This document shows positions 34,984 through 45,583 of a stretch of DNA of 64,000 bases, piece after piece. Numbering within the stretch: position 1 is the stretch's first letter; every line of letters begins with the position of its first letter. The position numbers and the translations under genes are program-made. The notes under the pieces are model-generated. The model was not told the DNA's origin. It did not search any database and saw only the letters and a list, made by a program, of their open reading frames with translations. The stretch is taken from positions 1-64,000 of IMG/VR virus record IMGVR_UViG_3300037440_000558. The stretch is one strand, 5' to 3'. Source of the DNA: a virus. Lineage: Duplodnaviria > Caudoviricetes.

Positions 34984-34996
34984 GGAGGCGATTGTC

Positions 34997-35563
34997 GTGG
35001 CCGACCCGCAGAACCTGGTCATGGGACCGGGGACCCTGTTCATCAACGACTTCGATGCCACCGAACCCGACGACACAGATGTGGACACTCCCCCATCGTC
35101 TGCGGCCGGCTGGGAGAACATGGGTGGTACGGTCGGCGGGATCACCGTCAACTACAACCAGACGTTCACTGAGTTGGTCATGGACCAAGTCGTCGACGTC
35201 GCCGGCCGTCGACTCACCGGCAGGGATGTGCAGATCCAGACCCAGCTGGGGGAGGTGACGCTGGAGAACCTACGGTATGCGTTGAACGACGGGATCATCA
35301 CCACCGGCGCCGGGTTCAAGAAGTACGCACCAGCGTTCACCGACTCCGCGACCCAGCCGGCGTACCGGGCGTTAATCCTCGACGGGTGGGCACCCGGCGC
35401 GAACCAGCTCCGCCGCCGGTTCATCTCCCGCAGGATCTTGTCAATCGCAGCGGTCGGGGTCGCATACCAGAAAGATGGGCAGACCGTCTACCCGGTGACG
35501 TTCGGTGCCCACTACGTGGATGACGAGACCGAACCATACGTCACCATCGACGCCACCAGCTGA
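34997..35563 (+). CDS. major tail protein
   Basis: NLVMGPGTLF...MGGT.GG..V.Y.Q.FTEL.MDQ pattern; SD GAGGAGG. Confidence 0.85.
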   Translation: MADPQNLVMGPGTLFINDFDATEPDDTDVDTPPSSAAGWENMGGTVGGITVNYNQTFTELVMDQVVDVAGRRLTGRDVQIQTQLGEVTLENLRYALNDGIITTGAGFKKYAPAFTDSATQPAYRALILDGWAPGANQLRRRFISRRILSIAAVGVAYQKDGQTVYPVTFGAHYVDDETEPYVTIDATS

Positions 35564-35620
35564 CCCGGGGATTTCGGGACTACCGCGAAGATGATCAGAG
35601 AACCGAAGTAGGGGGCCGGC

Positions 35621-36019
35621 GTGTCGGTGGTGGTGGTCATGTACGAACCGGGGATGGAACGGGTCCGTCGTCGGACTGAGCATTTCGCGTGGGCAGTCAC
35701 CGAAGCTGTCGAACAAGACGCTGTCCGGTTCTGCCCGGTCGACACCACCGAGATGGTTAACACGATCGAATCGGAGCGGTTGAGAAACAAAGGCCGGGTG
35801 TGGGTTGGCACCGACCACTGGGCGCCACAAGAATACGGTGCCCGCCCACACATTATCCGCCCGAAAGGACCACCAGCCGGGAAGAAAGCCCTGTGGTGGC
35901 CCGGGCTGTCTCATCCTGTCGGCCGGGTCAGGCACCCCGGGAACTCACCCCAACCGTTTATGCGACCGGCTTTATACCGTCAACGTTACATCCTGTACAT
36001 CAGACCAGAGGCCGGGTAG
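35621..36019 (+). CDS. HK97 gp10-like tail component
   Basis: CPVDT...EYGARPHIIRPK..KAL...V.HPG..PQPFMRPAL. Confidence 0.85.
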   Translation: MSVVVVMYEPGMERVRRRTEHFAWAVTEAVEQDAVRFCPVDTTEMVNTIESERLRNKGRVWVGTDHWAPQEYGARPHIIRPKGPPAGKKALWWPGLSHPVGRVRHPGNSPQPFMRPALYRQRYILYIRPEAG

Positions 36020-36052
36020 ACCAGCCTCCACCAGGGAAGGAACCATCCTATC

Positions 36053-36517
36053 GTGGCGAGCACCAGGGCAGCGGCCGGTAGACGGCCAGCTGAACTCGAC
36101 AAGAAGAAGCCGGCGGCCGTCACCGCTGAAACCGACCTGCCCAACGGCAAAGGCAAGGGCAGCGGGATCACCGTCCCCTACGACGTCGACGAGCTCGATC
36201 AGGAATTGATCCCCTCCGGGGTGTACCTTGAAGGTGAGCCGATCCCCGACGGCCGGGTCGAGCTGTTCCACCTCGAAGAGAAGGTGTATACCGCGCCGCG
36301 TCATCTCCCGCCGAACATGCCGTTCAAGTTCATGCGGAAGATGCGCAACACCGACGCAGACCTGGCGTCGTTCTGGCTGATCGAACAGTACCTGGGTGAG
36401 CATGTCGTCGATGTTCTCGCCGACCACGACGAGCTCACCGATGACGAACTCGACGCCATCCTCAAGGTGGTCCGGAAGCACACCATGGCGACCCTCGAGA
36501 AGGCCACGGGAAAATAA
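36053..36517 (+). CDS. tail assembly chaperone
   Basis: Upstream of the tape measure gene; ends at a slippery site. Confidence 0.75.
   Translation: MASTRAAAGRRPAELDKKKPAAVTAETDLPNGKGKGSGITVPYDVDELDQELIPSGVYLEGEPIPDGRVELFHLEEKVYTAPRHLPPNMPFKFMRKMRNTDADLASFWLIEQYLGEHVVDVLADHDELTDDELDAILKVVRKHTMATLEKATGK
36508..36514 (+). other. -1 programmed frameshift site G GGA AAA
   Basis: X XXY YYZ immediately before TAA; the -1 frame is open into the 36538..36876 ORF. Confidence 0.85.
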
Positions 36518-36876
36518 CCGAACGCGCCGGGGAGCTCTTGTGGATCTTAAACCACCTGGACGACGTCGACTCCGACTTCCGGGTGTTTCACCGGGTCGAC
36601 GGCGTGGCAGATGGGCAATACGGCGGGCTTACGGCCGAACGGTTTTTCGCCCTAGCCGAACGGCTGCCGACCTACCACGGCGCGGTTAGGCAGGTAGCGT
36701 TGGCGGAACAACAGGAGAACAAACCGGACCGGCCAGAGCAGATCGGCGCCGGAGCCGGGGCAGGTAAAGACATGGGGGTGGGCAGGGACCAGTTCGCGGC
36801 CAGATCACATGGACAGGCCACGATACCAAACCGCGACGTGTACGAGCAGCGGCTCAGGTTGATGGGGCAGGCGTAG
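36508..36876 (+). CDS. tail assembly chaperone, frameshift extension
   Basis: WILNHLDDVDSDFRVFH...LAERLPTYHGAVR actinophage chaperone pattern. Confidence 0.75.
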   Translation, partial: GKITERAGELLWILNHLDDVDSDFRVFHRVDGVADGQYGGLTAERFFALAERLPTYHGAVRQVALAEQQENKPDRPEQIGAGAGAGKDMGVGRDQFAARSHGQATIPNRDVYEQRLRLMGQA

Positions 36877-36892
36877 GAGGGAGGGACCGGCA

Positions 36893-39800
36893 GTGACACA
36901 ACCCATCCGCCGTGGCGGCAGGGGATTCAAAATCGCTGATGGGTTTGTTGAAGTCACAGGTGTCCATGACCGGTCCCGCACCCGCCGTGCTGCGCAGGAG
37001 GCTGGTGGCGACGCCGGCAACTCGTTTACCCGGGCGATGGCGGACCGGGTCGGGGGGAAGAACAGCAGCAATCAGATCGCCAAAGCTATGCTGGCCGGGT
37101 TGGGGACGGCGGTCAAAGGTCTGCTGGTCGGGTCGGTCGGGTTGGCCGCGATTGCCGCTATCGGCCAGGGTGTGGCTGCGGCGCTGGCGGGGTTGACTGC
37201 GGCTGCGGCTGGTGCGATCCCGCTGATCAACTCGCTGGCTGCGGCGTTGGCCACCGCCGCAGGTGCGGCGTTGGCGTTACCTGGGGCGATCTCTATTTTG
37301 GCGTTTGCGATTGCGTCGTTGAAGGTCGGCCTGGCCGGTGTCGGGGAGGCGTTGAAGGCCACCGGCGGGGATGCTGCGACGTTCGAGGAGGCTATTAAGG
37401 ACTTGGCGCCGGAGGCGCAGAAGTTCGTCCGGGTTATCCGGGAGATGCGGCCGGCGTTCAAAGAGCTCCGGCTGGATGTCCAGAACGCACTGTTCAAAGA
37501 CCTCGGGGAAAGTATCCACGAGCTGGCACACGTCCACATGGTGTCGCTGCGGTCCCAGATGGTCGCGGTCACCACCAGCATCAACCGAGGGCTGATTGCC
37601 GCTATCGAGCGGCTGTCGACTGCGGCAGCGAAGGCGGACATCCGGTCGATTTTCTCCGATGCTGCCAGTGCTGTGTCGAATGTCACGGAGGCGTTCGGGC
37701 CGTTGGTGCAGATCCTGTTGGACCTGTCGACGGTTGGCGCCAAGGTGGTGTCGGGTCTGACTCAGGGGTTCGAGGGGTTTGTCATCCGGTGGCAGGAGCG
37801 GATCGCGGAGATGCGCGAGTCCGGCGAACTCGAGCAGATGATACGCGATGGTCTCGACGCGCTCAAACAGCTCGGCCGGGCGTTGGGTGACCTCGGTGGG
37901 ATCATTAAGGGGGTGTTCGGGGCTGCCGGCCAAGCCGAGAGCAGCGGTGGGCTGTTCGGGCTGTTGGACCGGCTGAACGAGTTTGTGAACCGTGGTGACA
38001 CGCAGAAGAAGCTGGTTGCTTTCTTCGACAACGTGGGTCGGGTTGGGTCAGCGTTGATGCCGGTGCTGTCGGCGTTGTTGGGTGCGTTAGGTACGGTGTC
38101 GGGGGCTATCGGTGATATTGCAGAGCGGACCGCACCACATTTGGCTGCATTCCTGACCCTGTTCGGCGATGCGTTGGCCCGGCTGGCCCCTGCGTTTATC
38201 GCTCTCGGTCCAGCTGTGGTTGCACTCGGGAAGGGGTTAATGCCGCTGGCAGAGATCTTGTCAGATTTGGTGGTCGCTGCAGCACCAGGGATTGAAGCTT
38301 TCCTGTTGGGCCTCGGGGGCGCCCTACATGAACTGGCCCCAGTTGCTGGCCCCGTCGGCAAAGCCCTAGGCGACCTGATGACCGCAATCGCACCGCTACT
38401 CCCCGTGCTGGGGGGTGCTTTGGCGCAGAGCCTATCTGCTGCTGCGTCGGCACTGTCCGCGTTCGCAACCGCCTTTGCACCGCTGATCGAACAATTCGCC
38501 AGCGGAGTCATGAAAGAGATGGACCCCCAAACCCTCGTCAAGCTTGCCGAAGCCGGGGCACTGCTCGGTGAGTCATTCGCCAAACTCGCTGACGAACTCG
38601 CCCCCATGATCCCGTTGCTGGTTGAGTTCACCGTATTCGTCCTGAACACGTCGGCGATCTCAGGCATTTTGATGGTTACCGCCGCAATCGACCAACTCAC
38701 CCGCGCGCTCGACATATGGAAGAAGCCGTTCGAGTTCGCCATCGGTCTGTTCCACACGTTCCAAAACATCGACTGGGGCGGCACCGGCTCCGCTATCGGC
38801 AACGCGTTCACTACTGCCTGGGATGCCGTCTTCCGGTTCGTATCCGGTGTGGTCACTTGGTTTACGAACCTGCCCGGTCAAGTAGTCGGGTTTATCTCCG
38901 AACTGCCAGGCAAAGTCGCCGCTGTGTTCCTCGACCTGACTGACCGGGCTCTCTACTGGGTCGGGTATGGGATCGGTCGCATCCTGCGATTCTTCATCGA
39001 TCTCCCCGGCCAAGTGATCGGGTTTATCAGCGGCCTACCCGCCCGGGTTGGTGCGATCATCCACAGCACCATGGAACGCGCCCGTGTTTTGGTGTCCCGC
39101 GGAATCTCCAACGTCGTCGGGTTCTTCAAAAACCTCCCCGGCCGGGCACGGACCGCGATCTCCAGCCTGTGGTCCCGGATGTCCGGCGTGTTCTCCTCCG
39201 CCGGGTCGAATGCCAAAACCGCAGCTAAGAACCTGGTCAGTGGTTTTATCGGCTTCCTCAACGACCTACCCGGGAAAGCCCGCGCAGAAGCGATCAAGGT
39301 CAAAAGCAGGATTGTGTCGGCATTCTCCGGCGCCAAAGGCTGGCTATACAGCGCTGGCCGTAACATCTTGGTCGGGCTGGCGAATGGGCTCAGAGGTGCT
39401 ATCGGCGTAGCTGTCCAAGCAGGCAAAGACGCCGCCGGCAGCGTCCTGAGGGGGATCAAGGAAGGTCTGGGTATCCGTTCCCCGTCGGCGAAGTTCCGCG
39501 ACGAGGTCGGATATTGGATTCCCGCTGGTATCGCCGAAGGTATCAAACTGAACCGGCGAGCTGTTGTCGACGCCATGGCTGTCCTGGGCCGGATGACTGA
39601 GCATGACATGCGGGTGGCCACAGATGCCACAATTGGGCCGGTCGGTATGAAGATCACCCGGCAGGTCACTTCCGATATTGAGGCTGCCCATGCGGCCCGA
39701 GCGATCGAATACCAACTGCGGCGGCTCGTTGAAGCGCAGGAACGGGCCGCCCGGGGCGGCATGCAACAGATAACGATCCCGATCCAGATCGGGGATGAGG

Positions 39801-39898
39801 TCACCCGGGTGGTGGAAGTCACCATAGGCAACTTCGCCCACGACGTCAAGACCACCAGCCGCCAATATGGGTCTAAAGGCAGGGCAACCAGGATATGA
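36893..39898 (+). CDS. tape measure protein
   Basis: 1001 aa, Ala/Gly-rich helical with periodic W/F; SPS..FRDEVGYWIPAG near the C-terminus. Confidence 0.9.
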   Translation: MTQPIRRGGRGFKIADGFVEVTGVHDRSRTRRAAQEAGGDAGNSFTRAMADRVGGKNSSNQIAKAMLAGLGTAVKGLLVGSVGLAAIAAIGQGVAAALAGLTAAAAGAIPLINSLAAALATAAGAALALPGAISILAFAIASLKVGLAGVGEALKATGGDAATFEEAIKDLAPEAQKFVRVIREMRPAFKELRLDVQNALFKDLGESIHELAHVHMVSLRSQMVAVTTSINRGLIAAIERLSTAAAKADIRSIFSDAASAVSNVTEAFGPLVQILLDLSTVGAKVVSGLTQGFEGFVIRWQERIAEMRESGELEQMIRDGLDALKQLGRALGDLGGIIKGVFGAAGQAESSGGLFGLLDRLNEFVNRGDTQKKLVAFFDNVGRVGSALMPVLSALLGALGTVSGAIGDIAERTAPHLAAFLTLFGDALARLAPAFIALGPAVVALGKGLMPLAEILSDLVVAAAPGIEAFLLGLGGALHELAPVAGPVGKALGDLMTAIAPLLPVLGGALAQSLSAAASALSAFATAFAPLIEQFASGVMKEMDPQTLVKLAEAGALLGESFAKLADELAPMIPLLVEFTVFVLNTSAISGILMVTAAIDQLTRALDIWKKPFEFAIGLFHTFQNIDWGGTGSAIGNAFTTAWDAVFRFVSGVVTWFTNLPGQVVGFISELPGKVAAVFLDLTDRALYWVGYGIGRILRFFIDLPGQVIGFISGLPARVGAIIHSTMERARVLVSRGISNVVGFFKNLPGRARTAISSLWSRMSGVFSSAGSNAKTAAKNLVSGFIGFLNDLPGKARAEAIKVKSRIVSAFSGAKGWLYSAGRNILVGLANGLRGAIGVAVQAGKDAAGSVLRGIKEGLGIRSPSAKFRDEVGYWIPAGIAEGIKLNRRAVVDAMAVLGRMTEHDMRVATDATIGPVGMKITRQVTSDIEAAHAARAIEYQLRRLVEAQERAARGGMQQITIPIQIGDEVTRVVEVTIGNFAHDVKTTSRQYGSKGRATRI

Positions 39899-40248
39899 CC
39901 AAACGGAAGCTGCAGAGCCGTGCCAGGGAGGATGGAGCCCGGCGGATTGCGGATGCCTTCAACACTCACCCCGGCCGGAACATCGACGGTGCGTTAACTG
40001 TCACCACCAGGTTCGGCAGCATCCGACTGGCCAAGGTCGAATATGCTGCCCTGGGGGGCCGCTCCTGGGTGGACGTTTGGGTAGGCAACCCCTCCGACAG
40101 CGCGCCCGCCTATCGGGTGGTGAACCCACCGATCTTGATGGAAACCCCCCGCGGGGAGATTGCCCGCGGCAATCGGCGGTACACCGAAGACCCCTTGGGT
40201 GCGTTGGCTGAGGTGATTGGCGGAATGCACCGGGGGGTACACCGATGA
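39895..40248 (+). CDS. virion-associated hypothetical protein
   Basis: ATGA-coupled within the tail module. Confidence 0.6.
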   Translation: MTKRKLQSRAREDGARRIADAFNTHPGRNIDGALTVTTRFGSIRLAKVEYAALGGRSWVDVWVGNPSDSAPAYRVVNPPILMETPRGEIARGNRRYTEDPLGALAEVIGGMHRGVHR

Positions 40249-43200
40249 CTGCCGTGGTCATGTTCGCTGACAGCGTAGACGCTGAAGTCCGTTCCAGCAG
40301 CAACTCCTACGCCTCAGCGCTGGTCGGGTCCAACCGGGTTGTCGCAGGATCTAGCCTCACTGTTGGCCAGCGTTTCCCCGGTGTCGGCGCGAGCTACTCA
40401 TTGTACCAATCCGGGTTGGAGTTTTCCTACACCCACGACAGCGGTCTGGTCGTCGTCTCGCCATACCTACGACTCCGTAACAACTTCACCCAGGGCACCA
40501 CCAGCCGCAACATCGAAGTAGGCGAGTTTGACTTCGATGCTTCGATCACCGCCGCCGATTGGCGGACGCCCAGCCAGCTGTCCGGGCTGTTCACACCCGC
40601 TAGGTTGGTGAACGCTCATCTGCTTAGCTCCAGCAGCATCTTCCGGATGGGGCTGGAGGTTGGGCTCCCCGATGCGTCCATCGAGCTACGTTACTGGTTG
40701 TTCTCATCACGGAACCGCACCCAGGCCACCCCAACCGGCAACGAGTACAACAACATCTTCGCCACCGAGGCCACTGGCACTGCCAGCGACCCAGCACTGT
40801 ACTACACCACCGCCCCTGTGTCCGACCTGTTCGGTGTCCTCGGTGCCCAAATACAACTGTCCGATGGTACGCATGCGTTTCTTGAACTGGACGCTGACAG
40901 CCATGGCAGCGGAACCAACATCCTACTGCGCCACCACGACGGCAGCACGACCACCACCATCGCTACCCTCACCATCGCCGACTCTGGCGGGAGCTCATCA
41001 GCGTTTGCCCACCCCGACGTCGAAGGTGCCCAGGGGATGACCTTGGTCACCGACAACGCAGACAACCTGTACGTTGTCGGTGTCAGGAACAACAGTCCCA
41101 ACGACATCGCCGCACAAGCCTACGCCAAGGGTTCCGGTCACAGCTGGACTGCCCGGACATTCCGCAGTTCTGCCACCTCCACCAACTATACCGGCCATAT
41201 CAACAACCTGGCCGTAGCCTGGCACGACGTGGGCACCTCCGGAACTATCATGGCTGTGATCAGCCACCACGCCGGCAGCAATCTTGGCAACGACTCCGCC
41301 TACTTGTTACTGAACTGCGACCATCTGCTCAATGGCACCGGCGGGTTGATCCGCGGCAGTGGGGCAGCCGCCGGCAACGTCATTTTCTCGTCTGGCCACA
41401 CCGGGTTTAACAGCTTCACCAACGAGACCGGGTCGATGTTGGATGTCGCTGCCGCACCCGGCGCGGCAGGGGTCGGATATGCGATCAGCACCCACCGTGG
41501 TACTGAGCTCGGCGACACTGGCGCGGGCAGTGTCTGCAAATACACCCTGGCCAGCGACGGAAGCAAGATTCTTTCCGCAGACCGTAGCGCCACCTGGCCG
41601 GTGGCACCGTCCGGCACCAAAGACGCTAACGCCAAATACCGGGTGATCGGGGTCAGCGCTACCCGGTATGTCGCGGTCTGGGCCGACCCGCTGCCCGGGT
41701 TCGGGTTGACTGTGTCACTCAACGAGCAGCCCGGCGGAACTGCTTTCAACAACCTTGCTGTGGTGCATCTCGAGGCTGAAGGTATCACCAGCATGCCGGC
41801 GGGGAGCGCTGTGGCAACCGCCCTCAACTGGGACGCAGCGTATAACCCGGTCGACAACAAGCTGTGGGTGTATTACTTCGACCAGGCAGACAACCGCCGA
41901 CTTATGCGCACCAGCATCAACCTGTCCACCGGGCTTGCCAACCAGGACGAACAACAGGTCCAGGCCGCTGTCGGTGGAGCCGGGTCAACCAACCATGCTA
42001 TCCGGGTGCACCGCGGCACCGCCGCCGGCTCACGGGTGTTGGTGGTGGTCGCCAATGAGACTTCCGGCGGAGTCCATTCCACCGTCTACATCGTTGATTC
42101 GCTCAATGCCCCACCCACCGAACCGACGTTGACCCCGAAAACGAACTTTAGTGCCAACAATAGCGCCCTGTTCGAGTGGGAGTTCAATGACCCCGACGCC
42201 GGTGATTCCCAGTCTGCGTACCAGCTGCAGGTCAACACTTCGTTGGGTGCATCTGCGGTTGACACGGGGAAGATTGTCGACACAGACGAAAACCACACGC
42301 TGGCTGCGTCTGCGCTATCCAACCCAGGGGATTGGCAGTGGCGGGTGCGGACCTGGGACGCGTTGGACATCGAAGGACCGTATTCGGAATTCGGCACTTT
42401 CCAAACCTCAGCATCGGGGACGGTCACTATCATCGACCCCGCAGCGGACAACCCGGACGGTGTCACCACCGCCGAATACCTGATCGCATGGGTGGTCACC
42501 GACACCACCCAAGCCGAATACCGGGTGGTGGTCGTCCGCACCGACACCGCGGCGGAGCTGGTCGATACCGACTGGGTGGCATCCACCGACACCACTTACC
42601 TGGTGGAGGGGATGGAAACCGAGGTCGAATATGAAATCCAGCTGACGATCCGCAACGGAGCCGTGGTTGAGACCAACACCGCAACCCGGTTGATCACTCC
42701 GAACTACTCCAACCCGGTCACCCCCACAATTGTTGTTACCCCGGTGAACTCGGATGGTTACACCGAAGTGGCAGTTGGCAACCCGCCCCCCGGTGACGTT
42801 TTGGCCACCACCGCCGATGGGACCTTCGAAACCGCCGAAGTGTCTGATTGGGAAGTGAACGGCGGCAGTTTAGTCGCATCATCTGCGCAGGCGTTCGAAG
42901 GTATATGGTCCGGGCTGATCACCGTCTCGGGTGGGCCGAGTGAGACTACCGTCCGCGCGACGCTGGCCAACAAAGTCGCCGCGATCGCTGGTCGGCAATA
43001 CACCGTGAACTACCATGCATACAGCCCTGATGGCTACGACGACCTCGGTCAGGCCATCGCGTGGCTCGACTCGGGTGACAATGTTCTGTCAACCTCCCAG
43101 AACACCTCCCCCATCGTGTCGGCTGCTTGGACTGAACGTAGCTCGACATTCTACGCTCCCCCGGACACCCAAGCTGCCATCTACGGCCCCACACTGGCCG

Positions 43201-43844
43201 ACAACCCCCCCAACGGTACCGTCCTATACGTCGACAACCTTGACCTGTTCGACGCATCCGACCAGCCGACCCCTAGCACCAACGAAATCTACCGCCGGGT
43301 GTCCGGGACCACTGGGTTGTTCCACCTACTCGGCGAAGCCGACCCCAACGGGTCGTTCCGCGACTACACTGCCCTATCCGGTGTCACCTATGAATACAAA
43401 GCTAAAGCGATTGCCGGTGAACGATCCGCCGAATCTGCCACCGCCACAGGCACGCTACAATTACAGGGGGTTTGGCTGCACGATCCGCTCGATCCCGGTG
43501 GCACCATCTACCAATTCCCGTTCGGGAAAGCTTCTCGGGCCACCGACAACGAGATCTCCCAGGGACTGCAACACTTCGCTGGCCGCGAAGACCCCGTCGC
43601 CGACCATGGCGAACATCGCACCCACACTTATCGGATCAGCTCGTTTGTCCCCTTCGGCGATGACTACGCCGCTGGCCTGGCTGCGGCTGTCGGGTTTGCC
43701 GAAGCTCGTCGTACTCTGGTATTGCGGGACAACCGCGGCCGGGGAGCAGCAGGTGCCGTGTCCCGGTACACAGAAACCGACCGTGAGGCTGGTACCGACA
43801 TCTCCTACGCGTTTACCAGGATCGACTCAGACGAGGTCATCTGA
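40245..43844 (+). CDS. large minor tail protein (FN3-like and CBM-like domains)
   Basis: WEFNDPD.GDSQSAYQLQV...WQWRVRTWD FN3-like; GTFET...W...YVDNLDL CBM4-like. Confidence 0.7.
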   Translation: MTAVVMFADSVDAEVRSSSNSYASALVGSNRVVAGSSLTVGQRFPGVGASYSLYQSGLEFSYTHDSGLVVVSPYLRLRNNFTQGTTSRNIEVGEFDFDASITAADWRTPSQLSGLFTPARLVNAHLLSSSSIFRMGLEVGLPDASIELRYWLFSSRNRTQATPTGNEYNNIFATEATGTASDPALYYTTAPVSDLFGVLGAQIQLSDGTHAFLELDADSHGSGTNILLRHHDGSTTTTIATLTIADSGGSSSAFAHPDVEGAQGMTLVTDNADNLYVVGVRNNSPNDIAAQAYAKGSGHSWTARTFRSSATSTNYTGHINNLAVAWHDVGTSGTIMAVISHHAGSNLGNDSAYLLLNCDHLLNGTGGLIRGSGAAAGNVIFSSGHTGFNSFTNETGSMLDVAAAPGAAGVGYAISTHRGTELGDTGAGSVCKYTLASDGSKILSADRSATWPVAPSGTKDANAKYRVIGVSATRYVAVWADPLPGFGLTVSLNEQPGGTAFNNLAVVHLEAEGITSMPAGSAVATALNWDAAYNPVDNKLWVYYFDQADNRRLMRTSINLSTGLANQDEQQVQAAVGGAGSTNHAIRVHRGTAAGSRVLVVVANETSGGVHSTVYIVDSLNAPPTEPTLTPKTNFSANNSALFEWEFNDPDAGDSQSAYQLQVNTSLGASAVDTGKIVDTDENHTLAASALSNPGDWQWRVRTWDALDIEGPYSEFGTFQTSASGTVTIIDPAADNPDGVTTAEYLIAWVVTDTTQAEYRVVVVRTDTAAELVDTDWVASTDTTYLVEGMETEVEYEIQLTIRNGAVVETNTATRLITPNYSNPVTPTIVVTPVNSDGYTEVAVGNPPPGDVLATTADGTFETAEVSDWEVNGGSLVASSAQAFEGIWSGLITVSGGPSETTVRATLANKVAAIAGRQYTVNYHAYSPDGYDDLGQAIAWLDSGDNVLSTSQNTSPIVSAAWTERSSTFYAPPDTQAAIYGPTLADNPPNGTVLYVDNLDLFDASDQPTPSTNEIYRRVSGTTGLFHLLGEADPNGSFRDYTALSGVTYEYKAKAIAGERSAESATATGTLQLQGVWLHDPLDPGGTIYQFPFGKASRATDNEISQGLQHFAGREDPVADHGEHRTHTYRISSFVPFGDDYAAGLAAAVGFAEARRTLVLRDNRGRGAAGAVSRYTETDREAGTDISYAFTRIDSDEVI

Positions 43845-45583
43845 TGGCCCACCTGCATGTCCCTACCGGCCTACACAACCCCAACGGGCATACCCACGAT
43901 GAGATCCTCGAAGCGTTGCAATATAAGACTGGCAGCCGGAAGCAAACCTTCCGCTACGAGCTACTCGATTCGAACAACACTAAGCTAGCCGATCTCGATC
44001 AGGTTGAGTCGTGCACTGTCACCCAGGATTGGCTGGCCGATATTAAACGGAAGGCGACTTTCGTGTTACGGTCTGCGGGGCAGATCGATTTCCTGTCCAA
44101 CCGGATCAAACCGTGGGTGAAGCTGCACCTTCCACCCTATGGGGGTAACGATTGGGTCGAATGGCCGCAGGGGGTTTTTCTGTTATCCACCCCGGAGCGG
44201 ACCACAGACATGAACGAAACGGTCCGGCGGGCAGTATCCGGGTACGACCAGTTGAAGATCTACCTCGAAGACACCACCTTCGACAGGTTTACCGTCCCGG
44301 CTGGTACCCGGTACACAGACGCCATCCTGGACATGCTGGTGGCCACCAACCCAGTTGTGGTCACCCGAGACGAATTCGGCCGGGTCAACACCACATCCTG
44401 GGGTAACGACGAGAACGGCCACGTCTGGGCCGACCACGGTACGATCAACGCAACCTACGCAGTGTCCGGCGGCCAGGGGCACATCGATGTAACATCTGGC
44501 AACGCATATATGGCGCTCACCGATATCACCGTGGTCGACATGGAAGTGGTGACATTGGTAACCTCCACCACCGTGGATTCGTTCACGGGGGTAGTCATGC
44601 GGTTCTCCGAACCCATCGTGGGGGAGACACTTGCCAACGGATATGGTTGCGCTGTCAACGGGACCACCGGTGACCTCGAAATCTACCGGAATATCTCCGG
44701 GACCGGCGCCACCCTGCTCGACTCAGCTAGCATCCCCGGATGGACAGCTAACACCCGTTGGTATCTCAGATTCCGCGCAGTAGGATCACTGCTGCAGGGG
44801 AAAGCCTGGGCTGAAGACAGCTCAGAACCGGCGATATGGTCGGTGGAGGCCACTGACACTACCCACACAGGTGGCACAGCGGCCTGCCAGCGGATCGGCA
44901 CGGGCATCGCGCGGTTCGACAGCTTCCAGCTGATCGACCCACTGTCCGGAGTAGCTATCAGCCACTCGACGGCTACATTGCAGGTGGATAGAGAATGGGA
45001 CCCGGGCACCCCGATGCTGCATGTTATCAACGAACTGCTCGGCACAATCAACTACAACTCGTTGTCGTTTGACGCGGAAGGCCGCGCCGTGATCGCCCCC
45101 TACGTATCACCGCAGGACCGGCATCCGTCGTATGTCTACGCCGACGATGAGGTTTCTGTGTTGCACCCGGAGGTCATCCAAGAGCTAGATCTGTTCTCGG
45201 TGGCGAACCGGTGGGTGTTGGCCATGTCCGAACCGGACCAAGATCCTATTGTGTCGGTGTTCACCAACAACGACCCCGGTTCACCTACGTCGACGGTCCG
45301 CCGGCAGCGGGTGATCACCGATTTCCGGACTGAGATCGAAGCAGCCGACCAGTCCACCCTGGATGGGAAGGTTGCCCGGTTGGCGTTCGAAGCATCCCAG
45401 GTGTTCGAGGCGGTCGAGTTCACCACCGCGTTGATGCCGTTCCATGGTGGCAACGACGTGATCCAGCTCAGGTTCAACCCGCTGGCGATATCGGGGAAGT
45501 ATGCCGAAGTGTCGTGGTCGATGCCGTTGAAAGCCGACGGTGTGATGGCTCACCGAGCCAGAAGGGTGGTGTCGGTTGGTTAG
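43844..45583 (+). CDS. minor tail / baseplate hub-like protein with lectin-like insert
   Basis: DIKRKAT...EWPQGVFLLSTP...N-terminal pattern; W.LRFRAVGS.L.GK.W...EP..W insert. Confidence 0.7.
   Translation: MAHLHVPTGLHNPNGHTHDEILEALQYKTGSRKQTFRYELLDSNNTKLADLDQVESCTVTQDWLADIKRKATFVLRSAGQIDFLSNRIKPWVKLHLPPYGGNDWVEWPQGVFLLSTPERTTDMNETVRRAVSGYDQLKIYLEDTTFDRFTVPAGTRYTDAILDMLVATNPVVVTRDEFGRVNTTSWGNDENGHVWADHGTINATYAVSGGQGHIDVTSGNAYMALTDITVVDMEVVTLVTSTTVDSFTGVVMRFSEPIVGETLANGYGCAVNGTTGDLEIYRNISGTGATLLDSASIPGWTANTRWYLRFRAVGSLLQGKAWAEDSSEPAIWSVEATDTTHTGGTAACQRIGTGIARFDSFQLIDPLSGVAISHSTATLQVDREWDPGTPMLHVINELLGTINYNSLSFDAEGRAVIAPYVSPQDRHPSYVYADDEVSVLHPEVIQELDLFSVANRWVLAMSEPDQDPIVSVFTNNDPGSPTSTVRRQRVITDFRTEIEAADQSTLDGKVARLAFEASQVFEAVEFTTALMPFHGGNDVIQLRFNPLAISGKYAEVSWSMPLKADGVMAHRARRVVSVG

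Noticed and set aside
36508-36514. Frameshift as a novel finding
   Set aside because: A well-established tail-chaperone -1 frameshift; listed as a feature only.
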